DNA of 60,000 nt from Mobula hypostoma (taxonomy: Eukaryota), in the NCBI RefSeq assembly GCF_963921235.1, contig NC_086101.1, positions 4,962,001 through 5,022,000 of the forward strand, given 5' to 3'. A program made the position numbers and the translations under genes. A model generated the notes under the pieces. The model saw only the letters and a list, made by a program, of their open reading frames with translations. It searched no databases and was not told the DNA's origin. Positions within the stretch are counted from its first letter, which is position 1, and every line of letters starts with the position of its first letter. Below are positions 12,110-24,400 of this stretch, in pieces.

Positions 12110-12890
12110 CTAGACGTCCGGCGATGGAGACAAATATCGCGTAGACAGAAGGGAATACTTTACTCGGGTGTTTGCCCTTCGCCCTGTTGTAAATAAGATG
12201 AATTTGCAGGACTGTTTCGGGACATTATGGGTGCGATGCGCACCCACTCTCCGTTCATGTGCTGCTGACAATCCCTTTAAGACGCCGCTCCCTTCCGCTG
12301 TAAAATTTGGCCGACGTTTCAAACCAGGCAAAAGTGAAACTGATCGCCCGTCTCAATTCCCGAAGCCTGAGCGGCTGTCCCACCGGGGGAAGTGAATGGG
12401 GCGAGCGGCGCCGTGGTGAGGCCGGCGGTGGAGCGGGTGAGTGGGAGAAGGGGGACTCGGGGTCGCTCCGAGAGCGCTCGGGGCCGCGATCCGCCATCCG
12501 CTTCTGTTGCGCCCGGCCCAGCGCCTGAAATACACGGCAGGGCGGCGCCTCCGCCACCAGCAGCAGCCGGGGGAAGCGGCCCCTCGAGCCCGTGTCTGAG
12601 CTCCAGCCGGGACCCACACGGTGCCGGTGGTGGCTGCAGCCGCCGGTGCTCCGGGTATGCCCGCTCGGCGGACCGTGGCCTGAACCGTGGAAGGTCGAAC
12701 TTGGGGGCAAGGTACAGGGTACAGGGTACGGGGTTGTGGGGGACAGGGTCCATGCCCGTGAATCCCTCAGAGTCGCCGTGCAGGTTGCTAGGGTGGTTAG
12801 GAAGGCCTTCATTAGTCAGCTAGCGGACTGAGTTCGGGAGCCGGGTGCCGGGAGCCCGACGTCGGCCCCCTGGGCCTCCAGTCGCCATAG
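12110..12890 (+). promoter_or_regulatory. CpG island: probable promoter and non-coding exon 1 of the BTN-like gene (donor CGG|GTGAGT at 12437)
   Basis: CpG-dense unique sequence 3 kb upstream of the signal-peptide exon, which has its own acceptor. IRF/ISRE-like AAAAGTGAAACT at 12330-12341 and ETS-like GGAAGTG near 12388. Confidence 0.65.
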
Positions 12891-14319
12891 TAGTAATAGA
12901 GGTAATGTTCGACCGCAAGACGTAGGAGCAGAATTAGGCCATTTGGCCCATCTAGTCTGCCCTGGCTGATCTCCCCCCCCCCCCAGCCACACTCCACAAC
13001 CTTCTCCCCATGACCTTTGATGCCGTGTCCAATCCAGAACCGGTCAAGCTCTGGCTGACATACACCCCACGACCTGGCCTCCACAGCCGCCCTGGGGTAA
13101 TATATCCCACAAATTCACCAGCTTCTGGCCAAATAACATTTTTCCGCGTTTCTGTTTTTAAAAAGGGCGCCCCCCGCCCCATCCTGAGGCTGTGCCCCCT
13201 CTTGCAGCTCTACAAAACCCCCGGTTCAACCACGCCCGGAATATTCTGTTCTGGCCGCATGCTGGGAAGGATTTTAAGAGGGTGCAGAGGAGGTTTACCA
13301 GGATGCTGCCTGGACTAGAGAATAGCTTTAGTGAGGTTGGGCTATTCCCTTTGGAGCGAAGGCGGATCAGAGAGGTTTGGAAGGGTGTGGAAACATCGAT
13401 GGGGTTAGGCAGAATAACAGTTCGGCACCAACTAGATGGGCGGAAGGGTCTGTTTCTGTGCTGTGACCCAATCCCTGGAGGGGAGGCCACAGGTAAAAAT
13501 AAAGAAAGGCATTCCAAATCTTTGCATGGAATGTACCAAGGCTGGTGCAAGGGAGGACAAGGGAATGTTGTCCGAGCAAGCAAAGGGTGTGGAGACAGGA
13601 TAGCTGAGAGGTGTTGGGCCTGTAATGGATTACACGCCTTTGTCAGGGTAGCAGAGTGGTTAGTGTCACCCTTTACAGTGCCAGAGAATAAATCGCTGAC
13701 ACTTCGCATGGCAGGGATATAATGCTGAGACTCTATAAGGCATCGGTCAGTATTATGAGCAGTTTTCCGCCCCTTATCGAAGAAAAGATGTACTGGCATT
13801 GGAGAGGGTCCAGAGAAGGTTCGGGAGAATGATCCTGGGAACGAAAGGGTTAACATATGAGTGTTTAATGGCTCTGTGCCTGTACTCACTGAAATTTTGA
13901 AGAATGAGGTGAGATCTCACTGAAATCTATCGAATTGTACTCACTGAAATTTTGAAGAATGAGGTGAGATCTCACTGAAATCTATCGAATATTGAAAGGC
14001 CAAGATAGAGTGGACGTGGAGAGGATGCTTCCTACAGTTGGGGAGTCTAGGGCCGGGGGTACAGACTCAGAACAGAGGGACGTCCGTTAGAATGGAGATG
14101 AGGAGGAATTTCCTTAGCCGGAGGGTGGTGAATCTGTGGAATTCAGACAGCTGTGGAGAAGAGGACCCCAGGAGGTGAAGGGTGGGTGAGAGGGGAACCG
14201 GATGGAGGGATGGAAAAAGACAGAAGGCAGGCGGGGTAGACATTACTGGAAGTTAGAGAAATCGATTCCGGTCCTGACGAAGGGTCTCGGCCCAAAATAT
14301 CAACTGTTTATTCCTGTCC

Positions 14320-15230
14320 TGGGCGGCAGTGTTAGCTGTGAGGAGGATGCTAAGAGGATGCAGGGTGACTTGGATAGGTTAGGTGAGTGGGCAAATTCAT
14401 GGCAGATGCAATTTAATGTGGATAAATGTGAGGTTATCCACTTTGGTGGCAAAAACAGGAAAACAGATTATTATCTGAATGGTGGCTGATTAGGAAAAGG
14501 GGAGGTGAACGAGACCTGGGTGTCATTATACACCAGTCATTGAAAGTGGGCATGCAGGTACAGCAGGCGGTGAAAAAGGCGAATGGTATGCTGGCATTTA
14601 TAGCGAGAGGATTCGAGTACAGGAGCAGGGAGGTACTACTGCAGTTGTACAAGGCCTTGGTGAGACCACACCTGGAGTATTGTGTGCAGTTTTGGTCCCC
14701 TAATCTGAGGAAAGACATTCTTGCCATAGAGGGAGTACAAAGAAGGTTCACCAGATTGATTCCTGGGATGGCAGGACTTTCATATGATGAAAGACTGGAT
14801 CGACTAGGCTTATACTCACTGGAATTTAGAAGATTGATGGGGGATCTTATTGAAACATAAAATCCTGAAGGGATTGGACAGGCTAGATGCAGGAAGATTG
14901 TTCCCGATGTTGGGGAGGTCCAGAACGAGGGGTCACAGTTTAAGGATAAAGGGGAAGCCTTTTAGGACTGAGATTAGGAAGAAACTTCTTCACACAGAGA
15001 GTGGTGAATCTGTGGAATTCTCTGCCACAGGAAACAGTTGAGGCCAGTTCATTGCCTATATTTAAGAGGGAGTTAGATATGGCCCTTGTGGCTAAAGGGA
15101 TGAGGGGGTATGGAGGGAAGGCTGGTACAGGGTTCTGAGTTGGATGATCAGCCATGATTATAATAAATGGCGGTGCAGGCTCGAAGGGCCGAATGGCCTA
15201 CTCCGGCACCTATTTTCTATGTTTCTATGT
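14320..15230 (+). mobile_element. CR1 3' fragment
   Basis: WQMQFNVDKC, VRPHLEYCVQFWSP; ttctatgt tail. Confidence 0.9.
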
Positions 15231-15395
15231 CCTTAAATGCTGCCTAACCCGCTGAGTTCCTGCAGCATTTTGAGTGTGTTCCTGAAGATTTCCACGTCTG
15301 CAGAAACTCTGCCGTTTCTTGTGGGGCGATGAGGGTGAGCAGATTGGCTCTTCCTGTTCTGGATAACAATCCTGGTGGGGAATTCTGCCTTTCAG

Positions 15396-15491
15396 GCTGT
15401 GTCCAGGCGGCAGTGTGACAGTTTGCTGTGATGGAGACCTCAATGTTGCTGCCCCTCCTCGTCCTCGGTATCATCCAACAAGTCCAGACTG
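15396..15491 (+). CDS. BTN-like exon: 5'UTR plus signal peptide (ATG at 15431; METSMLLPLLVLGIIQQVQT)
   Basis: Acceptor ctgcctttcag ends at 15395. An in-frame TGA lies upstream of the ATG. Hydrophobic leader, followed by phase-1 donor G|GTGAGT at 15492. Confidence 0.85.
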
Positions 15492-18400
15492 GTGAGTGAC
15501 TCTCGTGCCTCTGTTAAGAGTGTGTGCTGGGCCGGCCTGCCTTCTGCGTGCAGTTGGCCCGGTGTGGGATCAGTTTTGGTGACCGTGCTCGTGAATCTGA
15601 TTGGTTTTTGATGGGAGAGGGTGTTGCCATTGTCTCTCCACACCCTCCCACTCTTCCTCCATCCCCCTGCCCATCTCCCCCATTAACCCCTACACCATCA
15701 ATCCTCTGATTGGTGGTCAGTGTCAAATGCTCTGACCTTTGCATCAAAGACATGAGATAACTTATGTACACAGATTGAATGTCTATCCATAAAGTGACAG
15801 TAGGTACAGGAGTGTCTGTCCATAAAGTGACTGACAGGGAATGATAAGGTAGTGGAGGGGCGGGTGTGCTAGTGGCTGGAACATCATGAAGGATCCCACC
15901 CACCCATCCTGCTCTTGGACTGTTTGTCCCTCTCCCATCAGGGAGGAGGCTATGTAGCATCCACACCAGGACCACCAGACTCAAAAACAGTGACTTTCCC
16001 CAAGCAGTGAGGCTGATCAACACCTCCACCCACTAACCCACCCCTCCACATCCCCAACCACCACTACTTTATCATTTCCTCTCAGTCACTTTATGGACAT
16101 GCAGTCAATCTCTGTATATCTCTGGTCTAAGAACACCGAGGCTGTCTACAAGAAGGGTCAGAGCCGTCTCTATTTCCTGAGGAGACTGAGGTCCTTTAAC
16201 ATCTGCTGGACGATGCTGAGGATGTTCTACAGGTCTGTGGTGGCCAGTGCTATCATGTTTGCTGTTGTGTGCTGGGGCAGCAGGCTGAGGGTAGCAGACA
16301 CCAACAGAATCAACAAACTCATTCGTAAGGCCAGTGACGTTGTGGGGATGGAACTAGACTCTCTGACAGTGGTGTCTGAAAAGAGGATGCTGTCTAAGTT
16401 GCAGGCCATCTTGGACAATGTCTCCCATCCACTACATAATGTACTGGTTGGGCACAGGAGTACATTCAGCCAGAGACTCATTCCACCGAGATGCAACACA
16501 GAGCGTCATAGGAAGTCATTCCTGCCTGTGGCCATCAAACTTTACAACTCCTCCCTTGGTGGGTCAGACACCCTGAGCCAATAGGCTGGTCTGGACTTAT
16601 TTCCTGGCATAATTTACATATTACTATTTAACTATTTGTGGTTTTATTACTATTTATTATTTATGGTGCAACTGTAACGAAAACCAATTTCCCCCGGGAT
16701 CAATAAAGTACTACTTTATCATTTCCTGTCTGTCACTTTATGGACATGCAGTCAGTCTCTGTATATTAATCTATCTGTTATATTCATGTTTATTGTGTTT
16801 TTATTGTTGTGCTATTTTCTGCTGCATTGGATGGGGAGTAACTATTTTGTTTTGCTTTAGACTTGGGTACTGGAAATGTCATTAAACAATCTTGAACCGC
16901 CGTGTACAAATGCCATCAGTAATTTCAGGCTCCCTTGTTGTTGCAGCGGGGTTAAAGGTGACTTGTTCCCCATATCCGATACTGGCAGAAGTCGGCTCCC
17001 AAGTGATGCTGGAATGCCAGGTGGTCCCCACCATGGACCTTCAGAACAAGGAGATCCGCTGGACGAAGGACGAAACCCTGGTGCACCTCCACCGCTTCGG
17101 ACAGGATGAGAACAACCAGCAGGGTGCCATGTTTCGGGGCCGCACCCAGCTCTTCAAGGACCAGTTCCGCACAGGCAACGTCTCACTGTTGCTGCACAGT
17201 GTCAAGCTGTCGGACCGCGGCAGCTACAACTGCTTCGTCGAGGTGGCGCCCGACAACAACCACGATTCCAATGTCAGACTGAATGTTACCAGTGAGTACC
17301 CCAACACACCCACCTCCACAACTGCCCCGCCCGACACCGTTCTCTCCCCCCCCCCGGGATCCTTTTACATTTTCCTCCAATCCAAGGAAGAGGTAAATCC
17401 ACCATCTTCCCCTCCCTCATCCTCTTCTCCCTGTCTGTGCTTTCAATGTACAGGCAGGGGCAAGTTGGAACGTGAGGCAGGCTGTCTTAAATGAGTTAAG
17501 ATGTATATTCAGTGGCCATTTTATTAGGTGCACCTGCTCAGTAATGCAAATATCTAATCAGCCAATCACGTGGCAGCAGCTCAATGCGTAGAAGCATGCA
17601 GGCACGGTCAAGAGGTTAAGTTGTTGTTCGGACCAAACATGAGAATGGGGGAAGAAAAGTATTCTAAATGATTTTGACCGTGGAATGGTCATTGGTGCCA
17701 GTCAGGGTAGTTTGAATATTCGAAACTACTGATCTCCTGGGGTTCTCATGCAAACAGTCTCTGGTGTTTACAGAGAATGGTGAGAGAAACTGGGGGGAAA
17801 ACATCCAGTGAGCTGCAGTTCTGTGGGTGAAAACGCCTTGTTCATGAGAGAGTTCAGAGGAGAATGGTCTGACTGGTTCAAGCTGACAGGAGGGCAACAG
17901 TAACTTAAGTGACTATGTGTTACAAACAGCGTCGTGCAGGGGAACATCTCTGAATGTGCAACGTGTCAAACCGGAAGTGGACGGGCTTGGGCCAGGATGT
18001 AGTGCTGACCTTTTAACTTGCTAACCTGCCGCCTATAAAGAGTTTATATGTTCTCCTTGTGGCTGTGTGGGTTTCCTCCGGGTGTCCTGGTTTCCTCCCA
18101 TGGTCCAGAGATAAATGTACCAGTTGGTAAGTTAACTGATTAGGCTGGGGTTGCTGGCCGGCGTGGCTTGAAGAGGCAGAACTGTCTGTTTCACACAGTA
18201 TCTCAATAAATAAATAAATGCCAATTCAATCAAACCCTTCCCTCCCACACAGCCTCCATTTTCCTTTCATCCAAGTCTCTTAAATGACCCAGATGTCTCT
18301 ACTAGGGCATTCCACACACTGGGGGGAAGGACCTCTGACCTCTGATGAAGGATGAGAGCTGACTTGCTGGAGGCGTGCAAGATACGAGATCCAGATAGGT

Positions 18401-21400
18401 TGGACAGTCAGAGACTTTCTCCAGGGTGGAAATGCCAAATTCAAGGGGGCGTAATGTTAACGCGATTGGAGGAAAGTCGGGGGGGGGGCGGGTGGTGGGA
18501 TGTCAGATGTAAGTGTATGTTTATTTTTAAACACACGTGCCTTCGCTGGTGAGACTAGAACCAGGATATACAAGCTTCAAGATTTGGGGGAGTAGATTTA
18601 GGATGGAGATGAAGAGAAACTTTTCCCCAGAGGGTATAATTCAGTCTGGGGAAGCAGTAGAGGTACACCTTTAAATATATTTAAAACAGTTTGATAGGTT
18701 TTTGCATAACGAGGGTGAAGGGTTCTGGGGAAAAGGTTGACTGGTGGAACCAAGTCCACGGTTAGATCAGCCATGATCCTTCTGAAGAAAGGCCCGTGGT
18801 CACAGGGTAGTTACAGAGGGTGACAGGAGTTGAACCCAAGTTGCCTATGCCATAATAACGAGGTGCTAACCACTACGTCGTCATCCCTGGGCCTGCTTCT
18901 TGCCTTGATGCCCCCGATATCCTTGTACCCTGCAGGTGTGGGTGAACCGCCCTCCATCGACCTGCACCAGTACACGGGAAACGGAATCAAGCTGGTGTGC
19001 GAAACCGAGCAGTGGTTCCCCACTCCCAAGGTGACGTGGAGTGACCCGAGCAAGAGGCCCTTGCCCCAGGAACCCCACACCATTTTCGAAATAAACCCGA
19101 AGGGTTTCTCCCAGGCGCGCAGCATCGTCGAGGTGACGGCAGACTCTGGGAACAGCTACACTTGCCAGGTGCAGAACATGGTCATCAATCGGACTCTCAC
19201 TGCGGAGTTCAACGTGCCAGGTCAGTGATTCGCCTCTCTCTGTGCACGGGCTGGGGGGTCTCTGCGGGTCGGCCGGGTACAATCGCACCATCTCTGCTCT
19301 TGATCGCAGCACTTTCTTGGTGAATGAAACATTCATAATGCAGCGAATTGGGACACATTGGGGTAGTACATTTTGGGCCAATTAAGTGCCTGCTCCAATT
19401 AGCCCAAGTTTCATGGTAATAGTTAGAAGATCTGTTTTGTAATTATGTAAAGTGGAAAAAGGTGGTCAAAGTGAAATGGGTCCCTTGGAGGATGAGAAGC
19501 GGGAATTGATATTGGGTAATGAGGAAACAGCCGAAGGTTTGAATGACTATTTTGTGCAACAAAGAACGTCATAGAAAGTCATTCCTGCCTGTGGCCATTA
19601 AACTTTACAACTCCTCCCTTGGAGGGTCAGACACCCTGAGCCAACAGGCTGGTCATGGACTTATTTCCTGCCATAATTTACATAATTACATATTACTATT
19701 TAACTATTTATGGTTTTATTACTATTTAATTATTTATGGTGCAACTGTAACGAAAACCAGTTTCCCCCCCCCCCGGGATCAACAAAGTATGACTATGACT
19801 ATATGTCCGTTTTCTCGGAGGAGGACACATCTAACGTGCGGAAGAGCGATGATATGGATGCAGTGGGAGCTGAGGATCTCGATACAATAGCTATCACTAA
19901 AGAGGTAGTGTGAGCCTGAAGATAGACAAGTCCCCTGGTCCTGATGGGATGCAACCCAGGGTGCTGAAAGAAATAGCAGAAGTTGTAGTTATAGGGTTTG
20001 GTGCTAATTTACCAACATTCTCTGAAATCTGGGCAGGTCCCGGCGGATTGCAAGATGGCAAATGTCACGCTACTGTTCCAAAAAAAAAAGTGATGTAGGT
20101 AAAAGGCAGGTAGCTGTCAGTTTAACATCTGAAGTTGGGAAAATGCTTGAAGATATCATTAAAGACTAAATAGCGAGGCATCTGGAAAGAAATGGATCCA
20201 TCAGGCAGATGCAGCATGGATTCAGCAAAGGCAGGTCCTGTTTGGAGTTATTTGAGGATGTAACGAGGGCAGTGGATGGAGGGGAACAGATGGACGTTAT
20301 TGACTTGGGGTTTCCAGAAGGTGTTTGATAAGGTGCGACATTTAAGACTTATCCTTAAGATAAGGACGCATAGAGTTGGGGGTGATTTAATAGCATGGAT
20401 AGAGGATTGGTTAACAATAGAAAGCAGAGAGTTGGGATACATGGGTGTTACTCTGGTTGGCAATCAGTGGTGAGCGGTGTGCTACAGGGTCAGTGCTGGG
20501 CCCACAACTGTTCACTATATACATTAACAATCTGGAAGAGGGGACCGAATTTGCTGATGACAGTAAATTGAGTGGAAAAGCAAATTGTGCAGAGGATACG
20601 GAATGTCTGCAGAGAGATATAGATAGGTTAAGTGAGTGGGCTAGGGTCTGGCAGATGGAGTACAATGTTGGTAAATGCGAGGTCATCCACTTTGGAAAGA
20701 AAAGTGGAAGATCAGATTATTGTTTAAATGGCAAAAAGCTTTAGCATGCTGCTGTGCAGAGCGGCTCGGATTGCATGAATTGCAAAAAGTTGGTTTGCAG
20801 GTGCAGAAGGCTATCAAGAAGACAAACGAAATGTTGGCCTTCATTGCGAGAGAGATTGAACTGAAGAGCAGGGAGGTTCTGCTGCAACTATACAGGGTAC
20901 TGATGAGGCCGCACATGGGGTACTGCATGCAGTTCTGGTCTCCTTACTTGATGAAGGATATACTGGCTTTGGAGGCAGTGCGGAGGAGGTTCACAGGTTT
21001 ATTCCGGAGATGAGGGGGTTAGACTACGAGAAGAGATAGAGTCGCCTGGGAAGCTGCTTTCTGGAATTCAGAAGAATGAGTGGAGATCTTATAGAAACAT
21101 GTAAAATTACGAGAGGTATAGATAGAGTCAGGAAAATTGTTTTCACTGGTAGGTGAGACTAGAACAAGGCGGGGGAGAGTGGAGACACTCCGTGTCGGGA
21201 GGGTCACCTACCAGAGTCCGAGGGACGGAGTGTGGGGAGAGTGGGGACACTCCGTGTCGGGAGGGTCACCTACCAGAGTCTGAGGGACGGAGTGTGAGCA
21301 GGTACCAGAGTCCGAGGGACGGAGTGTGAGGAGAGTGGGAACATTCTGTGTGGGGAGGGTCGCCTACCAGAGTCCAAGGGACGGAGTGTGAGGGGAGTGG

Positions 21401-24400
21401 GGACACTCCATGTCTGGAGGATCGCCTACCAGAGTGTGAGGAGAGTGGGGACACTCCGAGTCTGGAGGGTCGCCTACCAGAGTCTGCAGGATGGAGTGTG
21501 AGGAGGTACCAGAGTCCGAGGGACCAGATCTGAGGAGAGTGGGAACACTCCGTGTGGGGAGGATCACCTACCAGAGTCCGAGGGACAGAGTGTGGGGAGA
21601 GTGGGGACACTCCGTGTGGGGAGGGTCACCTACCAGAGTCTGAGGGACGGAGTGTGAGGAGGTACCAGAGTCTGAGGGACGGAGTGTGGGGAGAGTGGGA
21701 ACAGTCCGTGTCGGGAGGGTCACCTACCAGAGTCTGAGGGACGGAGTGTGAGGAGGGTGGGAACACTCCGTGTCGGGAGGGTCACCTACCAGATGCCGAG
21801 GGACGGCGTGTGAGGTGGTACCAGAGTGTGAGTTGGTACCAGAGTGTGAGGGACGGAGTGTGGGGAGAGTGGGGACACTCCGTGTGCAGAGGGTCACCTA
21901 CCAGAGTCCGAGGGACGGAGTGTGAGGAGGGTGGGGACACTCCGTGTCGGGAGGGTCACCTACCAGAGTCTGAGGGACGGAGTGTGAGGAGGTACCAGAG
22001 TCTGAGGGACGGAGTGTGAGGGGAGTGGGAACACTCCGTGTGGGGAGGGTCACCTACCAGAGTCTGAGGAACGGAGTGTGAGGACGGTGGGGTCACTCCG
22101 TGTGGGGAGGGTCGCCTACCAGAATCTGAGGGACGGAGTGTGAGGAGGTACCAGAGTCCGAGGGATGGAGTGTGAGGAGAGTGGGGACACTCCATGTCGG
22201 GAGGGTCACCTACCAGAGTCTGAGGGACGGAGTGTGAGGAGGTACCAGAGTCTGAGGGACGGAGTGTGGGGAGGGTGGAAACACTCCATGTCGGGAGGGT
22301 CGCCTACCAGAGTCTGCGGGACGGAGTGTGAGGAGAGTGGGGACACTCCGTGTCGGGAGGGTCACCTACCAGAGTCTGAGGGATGGAGTGTGAGGAGGTG
22401 TGAGGAGGTACCAGAGTCTGAGGGACGGAGTGTGGGGAGGGTGGAAACACTCCATGTCGGGAGGGTCACCTACCAAAGTCTGAGGGCGGAGTGTGGGGAG
22501 AGCGGGAACACTCAGACAGTGTCGGGAGGGTCACCTACCAGAGGGACGGAGTGTGAGGAGGTACCAGAGTCCAAGGGACAGAGTGTGAGGAGAGTGGGGA
22601 CACTCCATGTCGGGAGGGTCGCCTACCAGAGTCTGAGGGACGGAGTGTGAGGAGGTACCAGAGTCTGAGGGACGGAGTGTGGGGACGGTGGAAACACTCC
22701 ATGTCGGGAGGGTCACCTACCAGAGTCTGAGGGATGGAGTGTGGGGAGAGTGGGAACACTCCGTGTCGGGAGGGACACCTACCAGAGTCTGAGGGACGGA
22801 GTGTGAGGAGCTACCAGAGTCTGAGGGATGGAGTGTTGGGAGAGTGGGGACACTCCGTGTCGGGAGGGTCACCTACCAGAGTCTGAGGGACGGAGTGTGG
22901 GGAGAGTGGGGACACTCCGTGTCGGGAGGGTCACCTACCAGAGTCTGAGGGACGGAGTGTGAGGAGGGTGGGGACACTCCGTGTTGGGAGGGTCACCTAC
23001 CAGAGTCTGAGGGACGGAGTGTGAGGAGGTACCAGAGTCTGAGGGACAGAGTGTGAGGGGAGTGGGAACATGCCGTGTGGGGAGGGTCACCTACCAGAGT
23101 CCGAGGGACGGAGTGTGAGGAGGGTGGGGACACTCCGTGTCGGGAGGGTCACCTACCAGATGCCGAGGGAGGGGGTGTGAGGAGAGTGGGAACACTCCAT
23201 GTCGGGAGGGTCACCTACCAGAGTCCGAGGGACGGAGTGTGAGGTGGTACCAGAGTGTGAGGGACGGAGTGTGGGGAGAGTGGGGACACTCCGTGTGCAG
23301 AGGGTCACCTACCAGAGTCCGAGGGACGGAGTGTGAGGAGGGTGGGGACACTCCGTGTGGGGAGGGTCGCCTACCAGAGTCTGAGGGACGGAGTGTGAGG
23401 AGGTACCAGAGTCCGAGGGACGGAGTGTGAGGAGAGTGGGGACACTCCATGTCAGGAGGGTCGCCTACCAGAGTCTGAGGGACGGAGTGTGAGGAGGTAC
23501 CAGAGTCCGAGGGACGGAGTGTGAGGAGAGTGGGGACACTCCGTATCGGGAGGGTCACCTACCAGAGTCTGAGGGACAGAGTGTGAGGAGGTACCAGAGT
23601 CTGAGGGACGGAGTGTGGGGAGGGTGGAAACACTCCATGTCGGGAGGGTCACCTACCAAAGTCTGAGGGACGGAGTGTGGGGAGAGTGGGGACACTCCGT
23701 GTCGGGAGGGTCACCTACCAGAGTCTGAGGGACGGAGTGTGAGGAGGGTGGGGACACTCCGTGTTGGGAGGGTCACCTACCAGAGTCTGAGGGACGGAGT
23801 GTGAGGAGGTACCAGAGTCTGAGGGACAGAGTGTGAGGGGAGTGGGAACATGCCGTGTGGGGAGGGTCACCTACCAGAGTCCGAGGGACGGAGTGTGAGG
23901 AGGGTGGGGACACTCCGTGTCGGGAGGGTCACCTACCAGATGCCGAGGGAGGGGGTGTGAGGAGAGTGGGAACACTCCATGTCGGGAGGGTCACCTACCA
24001 GAGTCCGAGGGACGGAGTGTGAGGTGGTACCAGAGTGTGAGGGACGGAGTGTGGGGAGAGTGGGGACACTCCGTGTGCAGAGGGTCACCTACCAGAGTCC
24101 GAGGGACGGAGTGTGAGGAGGGTGGGGACACTCCGTGTGGGGAGGGTCGCCTACCAGAGTCTGAGGGACGGAGTGTGAGGAGGTACCAGAGTCCGAGGGA
24201 CGGAGTGTGAGGAGAGTGGGGACATTCCGTGTCAGGAGGGTCGCCTACCAGAGTCTGAGGGACGGAGTGTGAGGAGGTACCAGAGTCCGAGGGACGGAGT
24301 GTGAGGAGAGTGGGGACACTCCGTGTCGGGAGGGTCACCTACCAGAGTCTGAGGGACGGAGTGTGAGGAGGTACCAGAGTCTGAGGGACGGAGTGTGGGG

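Noticed and set aside
12356..12364. TTCCCGAA as a STAT/GAS site
   Set aside because: Only a 2-nt spacer, whereas canonical GAS is TTC-N3-GAA
12110..12831. Multiple overlapping ORFs in the CpG island
   Set aside because: Expected in GC-rich sequence; no recognisable protein, and better explained as promoter plus non-coding exon
10194..14306. Hammerhead-like motifs at 10194-10231 (-) and about 14271-14306 (+) as active ribozymes
   Set aside because: Catalytic core nucleotides are mutated (CTGGCGA; GAAA replaced by AAAA)
16892..17494. ORF track's 200-aa single-exon Ig protein
   Set aside because: Both ends are intron read-through; the exon is 16947-17291 by splice signals
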